Of a stretch of 64,000 nt of DNA, positions 25,849 to 33,946 are shown piece by piece (the stretch's first letter is position 1; each line of letters starts with the position of its first letter). The stretch comes from Lachnospiraceae bacterium (lineage in GTDB: Bacteria > Bacillota > Clostridia > Lachnospirales > Lachnospiraceae), in contig JAQUXP010000016.1 of assembly GCA_028692395.1 (NCBI GenBank), positions 5,600 to 69,599 on the forward strand, given 5' to 3'. A program made the position numbers and the translations under genes. The notes beneath the pieces were generated by a model. That model had not been told where the DNA came from. It did not search any database and was given only the letters and a program-made list of their open reading frames with translations.

Positions 25849-27177
25849 ATGGGAAAATGGGGAAAACGTGTAGGCTATGGGATAGGTGATCTGGGATGTA
25901 ACCTGGTTTTCAGTACTATGGCTTCCTACCTTATGGTTTTTTACACAGATGTATTTGGCATATCTGCCGCAGCAGCCGGCACGATGATGCTTGTCACAAA
26001 ATTCATAGATGCAATCACAGATACGGGAATGGGTCTGATTGTAGACCGCACCCACTCCAAATGGGGGCAGGGTAGACCATATTTTCTGTTTGGAGCAGTA
26101 CCTTTTGCATTATTTACCTGCTTAACTTTCGTTATTCCGAACTTTGGAAGCGGTGGAAAGCTGATCTGGGCCTATGTCACCTATTGTCTTCTGTGCACAG
26201 CGTATACCGTGGTTAATATCCCGCTGAATACAATCGTGCCAAGACTTACCTCAGACGTTCACGAAAGAGATGTCCTGGTATCCACGAGAATGGTCTGTGC
26301 GATGGCTGGAACGGCAATTGTAATGACCATCACCTCACCACTGGTCAAATTTTTCGGACAGGGAAATGAAGCAAAGGGTTATCTGATTACGATGACCATC
26401 TACGGCATTGTTGCCATGTTCATCTTCTTTGTGACATTTGCCAGCACCAAGGAAGTGGTGCCTCCCACAGTTCAGCAGAAGCATTCTTCACTGCTGGAGG
26501 ACTTTAAGGGGCTTACAGGACAGGCATGGATTCTGTTCCTGCTGAATCTGTTTTATTTCTCACTGTATGTTGTCAGAAGCACTACTGTCATCTATTATTT
26601 CAAGTATAATCTTGGTAGATCAGAATGGCTGTCTCTGGTAGGAATACTGGGAATCCTGTCCGGACTTCCCATGCTGCTGCTGTTGCCATCACTGGAACGA
26701 AGATTCAGCAAGAAGAATCTGATGTTCTTCAGCATCCTGTTATATGTAGCAGGAGATATGCTTATATTTATAGGAAGAAACTCCGCAGCCTGTCTTTTGA
26801 TTGGACTGGTGATCACTGGTCTTGGCATCTATGGTATTTTCGGAATTACCTTTGCCATGCAGCCGGATGTTATCGACTACTCCGAGTACAAGAAGAACGC
26901 CAGTGTTGCAGGACTTATCGCAGCATTCCAGGGCTTCTTCGTAAAAGGCGGCATGGGCCTGACCAGCTTCGTCATCGGTGTTTTTTTGAAAAATGGCGGT
27001 TATGTGGCGAATGCGGCACAGAGTACAAAAGCACTTTCTTACATAGAGATCTGCTTTATCTGGATTCCGATTATCCTGTGCGTAATGATCGCAGTGCTGA
27101 CCCACTTCTACAAGCTGGATGGTGTCAGAGGCGAGATGACCAAGGAACTGGAGGCCCGGAGAAAGTCAATGCAGTAA
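25849..27177 (+). CDS. MFS transporter, glycoside-pentoside-hexuronide (GPH) cation symporter family
   Basis: The protein has 12 TM helices and the GPH-like N-terminus GYGIGDLGCNLVF...YLMVFYTDVFGIS...DAITD. Confidence 0.8.
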   Translation: MGKWGKRVGYGIGDLGCNLVFSTMASYLMVFYTDVFGISAAAAGTMMLVTKFIDAITDTGMGLIVDRTHSKWGQGRPYFLFGAVPFALFTCLTFVIPNFGSGGKLIWAYVTYCLLCTAYTVVNIPLNTIVPRLTSDVHERDVLVSTRMVCAMAGTAIVMTITSPLVKFFGQGNEAKGYLITMTIYGIVAMFIFFVTFASTKEVVPPTVQQKHSSLLEDFKGLTGQAWILFLLNLFYFSLYVVRSTTVIYYFKYNLGRSEWLSLVGILGILSGLPMLLLLPSLERRFSKKNLMFFSILLYVAGDMLIFIGRNSAACLLIGLVITGLGIYGIFGITFAMQPDVIDYSEYKKNASVAGLIAAFQGFFVKGGMGLTSFVIGVFLKNGGYVANAAQSTKALSYIEICFIWIPIILCVMIAVLTHFYKLDGVRGEMTKELEARRKSMQ

Positions 27178-27201
27178 ATGCACGAACCTATTATTGAATA
27201 G

Positions 27202-27374
27202 TTATCACAAACCAACCGATTTTGCTAAAATCATAAGAAATCAACATAAACTCTCTGTGCTCAGACAGTATGCTGATTTCTTATAACGCAAAACCGGTTG
27301 TTTTGGTATACTTAGGACTTCTGCAAAGGTGTTCCGCCCGCATAAGGGATTCCCCACCACCAAAGTGGGACAGC
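27202..27374 (+). repeat. long-hairpin repeat family, copy 4 (5-prime-truncated, forward orientation, subfamily B)
   Basis: The inner and middle stems, the apical loop and the complete right arm are present. The left junction motif and left outer arm are missing. Confidence 0.85.
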
Positions 27375-27475
27375 TTTATTTTCAATTGTTATTTCTGCGC
27401 TTTATCCATTGTAAAATCATAAATAGTTTGTTACTATTTAACAAGACGGAACCAAACAGCCATAAGGGAGGGTTT

Positions 27476-28351
27476 ATGATAAAGGAATTGTGTTTTAAAC
27501 GTCAGGAACTGCAGATCTACGGAAAGATTTATCTGCCGGGAGATGGTACGGGAGTTTATCCAACGGTGATCTTTGGACATGGCTTCGGATCGAATCATAC
27601 CTTCAAGAAGAATTATGCACAGATGTTTGCAGATGCCGGCATCGCCTGCTATATTTTCGATTTTTGCGGCGGTGGACGGGAAAGTAAAAGTGACGGTGAG
27701 ATGCTGCAGATGTCTGTGGAGACAGAAAAAGAAGATATGGCAGCGGTGCTGGATGGCATGTTGACCCAGGACTTTGTGGACAAGAGATATGTGTACCTTA
27801 TGGGGGCCAGTCAGGGAGGGTTCGTGGCTGCGACACTGGCCCCGGAGCGCCAGAACCAGATTCGGGGGTTGATTTTGCTGTATCCGGCTTTTATCATTCC
27901 AGATGATGCAAGAAAACGTTTTCCTCGGGGCACGGAGGTGCCGGAAAGCTATAGTGTCATGGGAAACAGGATCGGGCGACGGTATCAGGAGGATGCGGAG
28001 AGGCTGGAGATCTATGAGATTATCAGGGAATATACGGGGAATGTTCTGATTATCCATGGGGATTGCGATGAGATTGTTCCCTTGTCTTATTCCGAACGGG
28101 CTAAGGAGGTATATCATCACGCACAGCTTATTACCCTGCAGGGAGCAGGACATGGATTTTCTGGTGCAGATGAGCAGACTGCCGGAAAGGAAGCAGTGCT
28201 CTTTGTCCAGCGATATTCCAAATCCAGCCATGGAGCGTCAGAGGAGGTGGAAGTAGCCCAGTCTGAAGAGATTTTGATGGATGTGACCAGGGATCTGGAA
28301 AACCTGAAAATTGTTATGGAGCACGCAAAAGAATATATTAAGAAGCGATAG
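27476..28351 (+). CDS. alpha/beta hydrolase
   Basis: The nucleophile elbow GASQGG, the motif IIHGDCDEIVP and GAGHGF are present. ATG 27476 follows AAGGGAGGG. The 5-prime extension of the ORF back to 27329 lies inside repeat copy 4. Confidence 0.75.
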   Translation: MIKELCFKRQELQIYGKIYLPGDGTGVYPTVIFGHGFGSNHTFKKNYAQMFADAGIACYIFDFCGGGRESKSDGEMLQMSVETEKEDMAAVLDGMLTQDFVDKRYVYLMGASQGGFVAATLAPERQNQIRGLILLYPAFIIPDDARKRFPRGTEVPESYSVMGNRIGRRYQEDAERLEIYEIIREYTGNVLIIHGDCDEIVPLSYSERAKEVYHHAQLITLQGAGHGFSGADEQTAGKEAVLFVQRYSKSSHGASEEVEVAQSEEILMDVTRDLENLKIVMEHAKEYIKKR

Positions 28352-28368
28352 GAGAGGAGTGGTAGTTC

Positions 28369-29670
28369 ATGAATACCAGAATCTACAATGCCAGAATACT
28401 GACTATGGAGCCCGGACAGGAGATCTTTGAAGGTGAGGTACAGATCAGGGGCGACCGTATCGCTTATGTAGGACCTGCGGTGATACAGAATCTGACCCGC
28501 AAAGAGACGATCCGTAATTCCTCAATCTGGGATCGGGAGATTGATGCTCAGAAAAATCTGGTGATGCCCGGGTTTAAGAATGCCCACACCCATTCTGCTA
28601 TGGTGTTTTTAAGATCTTTTGCGGATGATCTGCCGCTGGACAGGTGGCTGAATCAAAAAGTATTTCCCATGGAGAAGAAGCTCACCGGAGATGATATCTA
28701 TCAGCTGAGCATGCTCGCAATCATGGAATATCTGACCAGCGGAATCACGGCAAATTTTGATATGTATCTGGATCCGGATCAGGTGGCCCAGGCATCCCTG
28801 GATGCAGGATTTCGCACGGTGATCTGCGGTGCGATGAATGATTTTACCCATTCGCCCAAGCAGCAGGAGCAGTGGTATCTGAAATATCGGGATTCCAAAA
28901 GCCTGGTGACCTATCAGCTGGGATTTCATGCAGAATATACTACTTCCCGGGAAAAACTGGAACAGATTGCAGCACTGTCCCACAAGTATCATGCACCGGT
29001 ATTTACCCACAGCTCTGAGACCCGGGGGGAAGTAAAGGGCTGCATCGAGAGATATGGATGTACGCCTACCGGTCTTTTTGAAAAACTGGGCCTTCTGGAA
29101 TATGGCGGCGGCTGTTTTCACTGTGTACACATGACGGAGGAAGATCTCGCAATCATGCAGAGAAGGAAGATCGCTGCGATTACCTGCCCGGCATCCAATC
29201 TGAAGCTGGCCAGTGGAATTGCAGATGTGAGACAGCTGCTGAATCATAGGATTTGTGTGGGAATCGGTACCGATGGTGCGGCGAGTAATAACTGCCTGGA
29301 TATGTTCCGGGAGATGTTTCTGGTGAGCGGACTTGCCAAGATAAAGGCTGAGGATGCAGTGGCGGTGGATGCACAGGAGGTTCTTCGGATGGCAACCTGT
29401 CAGGGAGCTCATGTCATGCAGCTTTTTGACGCAGATGTTCTGGCAGAACAGAAGAAAGCTGATCTGATTCTGATCGACCTGCAGCAGCCCAACATGCAGC
29501 CGATTCATAACATTTCCAAAAATCTTGTCTATAGTGGAAGCAAGTCGGATGTAAAGCTTACCATGGTGGACGGAAAGATTCTCTATGAGGATGGTGTGTT
29601 TGATATCGGTGTATCAAAAGAAGAAGTATATGAGAATGTCCAAAGGGTTGTCCAAAGATTACAGCAGTAA
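28369..29670 (+). CDS. mtaD: amidohydrolase, 5-methylthioadenosine/S-adenosylhomocysteine deaminase-like
   Basis: PGFKNAHTHSAMVFLRSFADDLPLDRWL and later metal-ligand regions (HSSE, GTDG) are typical of the MtaD/SsnA group. Confidence 0.7.
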   Translation: MNTRIYNARILTMEPGQEIFEGEVQIRGDRIAYVGPAVIQNLTRKETIRNSSIWDREIDAQKNLVMPGFKNAHTHSAMVFLRSFADDLPLDRWLNQKVFPMEKKLTGDDIYQLSMLAIMEYLTSGITANFDMYLDPDQVAQASLDAGFRTVICGAMNDFTHSPKQQEQWYLKYRDSKSLVTYQLGFHAEYTTSREKLEQIAALSHKYHAPVFTHSSETRGEVKGCIERYGCTPTGLFEKLGLLEYGGGCFHCVHMTEEDLAIMQRRKIAAITCPASNLKLASGIADVRQLLNHRICVGIGTDGAASNNCLDMFREMFLVSGLAKIKAEDAVAVDAQEVLRMATCQGAHVMQLFDADVLAEQKKADLILIDLQQPNMQPIHNISKNLVYSGSKSDVKLTMVDGKILYEDGVFDIGVSKEEVYENVQRVVQRLQQ

Positions 29671-29698
29671 AACGGGAACCTGGAGAAAATTTTAAGGC

Positions 29699-29724
29699 AA
29701 AACCTGTCGAAAGGCAGGTTTTTT
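29699..29724 (+). terminator. rho-independent terminator after the mtaD-like gene
   Basis: AAAACCTGTC-GAAA-GGCAGGTTTT is followed by extra T residues. It is a GNRA-type tetraloop hairpin. Confidence 0.75.
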
Positions 29725-29725
29725 C

Positions 29726-29754
29726 TTGACTTCATTCGTTTAAAGCGGTATAGT
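29726..29754 (+). promoter_or_regulatory. candidate sigma-70 promoter of the COG2984-type ABC operon
   Basis: TTGACT (29726-29731) is followed by a 17-nt spacer and TATAGT (29749-29754). Confidence 0.55.
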
Positions 29755-29812
29755 TTATTCATCTATCGTTGCGCAGCACGATTGAAATGAATGAGCAAAA
29801 GGGGAAGTTACT

Positions 29813-30859
29813 ATGAAAAAGAAAAAAGTATTATCTGTAGTTTTAGCAGGTGCCCTGACGGTATCCTCCGCCATTGGAATGATGGCATGTGGAAACAGTA
29901 ACAGCAAAGCAGCAAGTAACAGCGCAGCATCAAGTACCAGTACAAGTGCAGCAGGAAGCAAGGCAGCAGGAGATGGAACCTACACCATCGGTATCTGTCA
30001 GCTGGTACAGCATGACGCACTGGACGCTGCTACGGCAGGCTTCAAGGAAGCAGTAGAAAAAGGTCTTGGCGCTGAGAGTGTCACCTTTGACGAGCAGAAT
30101 GCAGCAGGAGATTCCGCTACCTGTGCAACAATCGTAAATCAATTCGTATCTGACGGAGATGATCTGATTATGGCAAATGCAACTCCGGCTTTACAGGCAG
30201 CTGTATCCGCAACAGCAGAGATTCCCATCGTGGCAACCTCCGTTACAGATTATGCAACCGCACTTGATATCTCTGACTGGACAGGTAAGACAGGGGTTAA
30301 TGTTACCGGTACCGCTGATCTTGCACCGTTGGAGGATCAGGCTAACATGCTGAAAGAACTGGTTCCGGATGCAAAGACCGTCGGAATCCTGTACTGTTCC
30401 GCAGAGGCAAACTCCAAGTATCAGGCAGAGACCATCGAGGGATATCTCGACAAGATGGGCCTGACCTACAAAGAGTATACCTGTGCAGATACCAACGACG
30501 TATCACCGGTTGTACAGACTGCATGTGCAGAGAGTGATGTTCTTTATATCCCGACAGACAACACGATGGCATCCAGCGCAGAACTGGTGAATAACATCGC
30601 TGAGCCTGCTGGAATCCCGATTATAGCCGGCGAGGAAGGAATCTGCAAAGGCTGTGGTATCGGTACATTGTCCATCAGCTACCATGATATCGGCTACAAA
30701 GCAGGTGAGATGGCTGTCAAGATCTTAAAGGATGGAGAGAATCCGGCAGACATGGATATCGAATTCGCAGCAGACCTGACAAAAGAATATGTTGCAGATC
30801 GCTGCGATAAGCTTGGAATCAAGGTTCCCAGTGACTATACAGCAATCGAAGCGGAATAA
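29813..30859 (+). CDS. ABC transporter substrate-binding lipoprotein (COG2984 / ABC_sub_bind type)
   Basis: A lipobox (IGMMACGN) and a Ser/Ala-rich linker are present. The motif IGICQLVQHDALD fits this family, and the protein sits in an operon with matching permease and ATPase genes. Confidence 0.75.
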   Translation: MKKKKVLSVVLAGALTVSSAIGMMACGNSNSKAASNSAASSTSTSAAGSKAAGDGTYTIGICQLVQHDALDAATAGFKEAVEKGLGAESVTFDEQNAAGDSATCATIVNQFVSDGDDLIMANATPALQAAVSATAEIPIVATSVTDYATALDISDWTGKTGVNVTGTADLAPLEDQANMLKELVPDAKTVGILYCSAEANSKYQAETIEGYLDKMGLTYKEYTCADTNDVSPVVQTACAESDVLYIPTDNTMASSAELVNNIAEPAGIPIIAGEEGICKGCGIGTLSISYHDIGYKAGEMAVKILKDGENPADMDIEFAADLTKEYVADRCDKLGIKVPSDYTAIEAE

Positions 30860-30914
30860 GCAGACGGTTCCCGGCAGAACTGCTGCGTAGAATAACAGAA
30901 AGGTAAATGAAGTT

Positions 30915-31817
30915 ATGTTATCATTTATGAACTCTCTGCCCGGTGCGGTGGCACAGGGTATTATATGGGGTATTATGGCAATCGGTGTATATCTGACCTT
31001 TAAGATTCTGGATGTTGCCGATCTGACCGTAGATGGATCCTTCGGTACCGGAGGTGCCGTACTGGTCATCTGTGTAACCGGAGGGGTTCCGGTTGGTCTT
31101 GCAGTCCTTTTTGCATTTGCAGCAGGATGCCTTGCAGGTCTGATTACAGGTGTGCTGCATACAAAGTTTGGAATTCCTGCTATTTTAGCAGGTATTCTGA
31201 CGCAGCTGTCCCTGTACTCAATCAACTTAAGAATTATGGGAGGCTCTGCCAATGCACCCTTGAACGTTACAAAGTATACTGTTTTAGTATCCTCCAGAAA
31301 TGTAATCAGTGCGCTGCTGGTAGGTCTGATCTTTTCCGTGGTTATTATCATTGCTCTGTACTGGTTCTTTGGAACCGAGCTGGGACATTCCCTGCGGGCT
31401 ACAGGCTGTAATGAATCCATGGCCCGTGCAAATGGTATCAATACCAACAGCAACAAGATTATCGGTATTGTAATCTCTAACGGCATCGTGGCACTGTCCG
31501 GAGCACTGATGGCACAGTATCAGGGCTTTGCAGATATCAACATGGGACGTGGTGCCATCGTAATCGGCCTTGCTGCCGTTATTATCGGTGAGGTAATCTT
31601 CGGCAAAATATTCAAAAACTTTGCCCTGCGGCTGTTCGCAGCTGTCTGTGGCGGCATCATTTACTATGTAGTAATTACACTGGTACTGAAGCTGGGACTC
31701 AATGCAAATGATCTGAAGATGTTCTCTGCCATCGTAGTTGCCATCTTCCTTGCAATTCCATTCTGGAAGAGAAAGATAGACGACCGGAAGATTAAGCCGG
31801 TTGTGGAGGAGGTTTAA
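30915..31817 (+). CDS. ABC transporter permease (COG4120 type)
   Basis: The protein is polytopic and its N-terminus (GAVAQGIIWGIMAIGVYLTFKILDVADLTVDGSF) is typical of this family. Confidence 0.75.
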   Translation: MLSFMNSLPGAVAQGIIWGIMAIGVYLTFKILDVADLTVDGSFGTGGAVLVICVTGGVPVGLAVLFAFAAGCLAGLITGVLHTKFGIPAILAGILTQLSLYSINLRIMGGSANAPLNVTKYTVLVSSRNVISALLVGLIFSVVIIIALYWFFGTELGHSLRATGCNESMARANGINTNSNKIIGIVISNGIVALSGALMAQYQGFADINMGRGAIVIGLAAVIIGEVIFGKIFKNFALRLFAAVCGGIIYYVVITLVLKLGLNANDLKMFSAIVVAIFLAIPFWKRKIDDRKIKPVVEEV

Positions 31818-31818
31818 T

Positions 31819-32616
31819 ATGCTGGAGATAAAAAATGTATACAAAACCTTCAACGCAGGTACCATCAATGAAAAGAAGGCTTTGAACGGATTGAATCTGA
31901 CCTTAAATGACGGTGATTTTGTGACTGTGATTGGAGGAAACGGGGCAGGAAAGTCTACCATGCTGAATATGATTGCCGGTGTTTATCCGGTGGACAGCGG
32001 AAGTATTATGATCGATGGTGTGGATGTGACCCGCATGTCGGAGCACAAACGTGCCAAATATCTGGGACGGGTGTTCCAGGATCCGATGATGGGAACTGCC
32101 GCAGATATGTGGATTGAAGAAAATCTTGCCCTTGCCGGAAGACGGGGACAGAGCAGAACCCTGCGCTGGGCAATCAGCAAGGGGGAGCGTGCAGATTTCA
32201 GAGAGAGACTCTCTGAGCTGGACCTGGGCCTGGAAGACCGTATGTCTACGAAGGTAGGTCTTCTGTCCGGCGGACAGCGTCAGGCGCTGACACTTCTGAT
32301 GGCTACGCTGAAGAAACCGAAGCTTCTGCTTCTGGACGAGCACACCGCTGCACTGGATCCAAAGACTGCAGCAAATGTACTTCGTCTTTCGGATAAGTTT
32401 ATCGAGGAAGAGCATCTGACAGCGCTGATGGTAACCCATAACATGAAGGATGCCATCACCCATGGAAACCGCCTGATTATGATGAATGACGGAAAAGTCA
32501 TCCTTGATATCAGCGGTGAAGAAAAGAAGAAGCTGACAGTGGAAGATCTGCTGCAGGCATTCAACCGGATCAGCGGTGACGAATTCGCCAATGACCGGGT
32601 ACTACTTTCCAAATAA
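31819..32616 (+). CDS. ABC transporter ATP-binding protein (COG1101 type)
   Basis: Walker A GGNGAGKST, signature LSGGQRQ and Walker B LLLLDEHTAALD are present. The start ATG 31819 lies right after the permease stop. Confidence 0.85.
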   Translation: MLEIKNVYKTFNAGTINEKKALNGLNLTLNDGDFVTVIGGNGAGKSTMLNMIAGVYPVDSGSIMIDGVDVTRMSEHKRAKYLGRVFQDPMMGTAADMWIEENLALAGRRGQSRTLRWAISKGERADFRERLSELDLGLEDRMSTKVGLLSGGQRQALTLLMATLKKPKLLLLDEHTAALDPKTAANVLRLSDKFIEEEHLTALMVTHNMKDAITHGNRLIMMNDGKVILDISGEEKKKLTVEDLLQAFNRISGDEFANDRVLLSK

Positions 32617-32629
32617 TGACGTCACACTT

Positions 32630-32912
32630 AGGAGGGCTGTCCCACTTCGGAGGCTGTCCCGCAATGCTGCTCCCGGATGGGAGACTGCTGCCAGACACTG
32701 TTTCGGAGTCCAAGAGCATATAAAAAAGAATAGATTTTGCTAAAAACGTAAGTATACAGCACAAACTCGTTTCACTCAAACAGTGTGCTGCATACTTACA
32801 ACGCAAATTCTATTCTTTTTCTATGCTTAGGACTCCTGCAAATGTGTCTGGCAGCAGTCTCCCATCCGGGAGCGGCATCGTGGGACAGCCGCCGAAGTGG
32901 GACAGCCCTCCT
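32630..32912 (+). repeat. long-hairpin repeat family, copy 5 (complete and the longest copy, forward orientation, subfamily A)
   Basis: This 283-bp imperfect palindrome is centred near 32771. It fills the whole gap between convergent genes, starting 13 nt after one stop and ending 3 nt before the other. The right arm runs into TTTTTT. Confidence 0.9.
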
Positions 32913-32915
32913 TTT

Positions 32916-33758
32916 TTATTCGTTATTGCGGTATGCAGCGGGGGTCATTCCTACATTTTTCTTAAAGGAAGTGCAAAATACGCTTTCGTTGGAGAAGCCG
33001 CAGTTATAACAGATATTTTTTACGGAATCCCTGGTGGTTTTCAGCATATATTTGGCGGTGTTCAGACGAATATTGATGAGGTATTCGTGAGGGGTAAACC
33101 CGGTTTCTTCTTTGAAGATCCGGATAAAGTGATAGGGGCTCAGCATGGCCTGGCGGGCCAGGGTGTTGACGGAAAGCTCCTCTACAAAGTGCTCGTTGAT
33201 ATAGGATACGGTCTCTTCGATCAGACTGCTGTGATTCCCCGTATTGGTCTGACTGGGCGTGTAAAGAATCATATCTGTAAGAATATCGGTGAGGTATTTG
33301 GAAAGCAGAGGTTCCCGGATGGGCTGATTTTGGTCGAAGGTGTGATAGAGCTTTCGCAATTTGCCGATGATGGAACTGGAATCTGCCAGGGTGAAGATAG
33401 ATCCCAGATGGGAGCGGACAAGCTCATAGTATCTGCCTGCCATAGGCCCGTCAAAATGACACCACAGACTTTCCAGACTGGCGGTGGTGTAATACTCGTG
33501 GGGCTTATAGCAATCCAACAGAACAAACTGATTGGCCGTGGCAGTTTTTGTCATACCTTCATACTGCACGGTAAGTTCTCCGGACTGAATATACATCACA
33601 AGAAAGCTGTCATAAGAGCTCCGCTTCTGGTGATATCCCGGCTCATAGAAAAAATGTCCGACACAGACCGGGTAGAAGAAGCTCTCTTTGGCTGTGAGAC
33701 TGGGAGAGTAGACAAAGTAGTCTGAGGAGGGAGCAACATACTGTTCGCAGGATTTCAT
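32916..33758 (-). CDS. AraC family transcriptional regulator
   Basis: A cupin-like N-terminus is followed by a C-terminal double HTH (LARQAMLSPYHFIRIFKEETGFTPHEYL...GFSNESVFCTSFKKNVGMTPAAYR). Confidence 0.85.
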   Translation of the reverse strand: MKSCEQYVAPSSDYFVYSPSLTAKESFFYPVCVGHFFYEPGYHQKRSSYDSFLVMYIQSGELTVQYEGMTKTATANQFVLLDCYKPHEYYTTASLESLWCHFDGPMAGRYYELVRSHLGSIFTLADSSSIIGKLRKLYHTFDQNQPIREPLLSKYLTDILTDMILYTPSQTNTGNHSSLIEETVSYINEHFVEELSVNTLARQAMLSPYHFIRIFKEETGFTPHEYLINIRLNTAKYMLKTTRDSVKNICYNCGFSNESVFCTSFKKNVGMTPAAYRNNE

Positions 33759-33946
33759 AATAAGATCGACCTTTCCTATGCAAAATAATGGTATTTGTTT
33801 ATATTCTACTATGAGAATTGAAAGAGTACAATAGCAATTTTTCTAAATAAAGAAGCAAATATCCATAATGTAAATTCGGAAAAAGAGTGTAATATATAGG
33901 ATAATGATTTCGAAAATTCATATAAACATTCAGGAGGTCAAGAACT

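Noticed and set aside
32823-33725. The 300-aa plus-strand ORF starting inside hairpin copy 5.
   Set aside because: It lies entirely antisense to a well-supported AraC-family CDS, and its start lies in the repeat.
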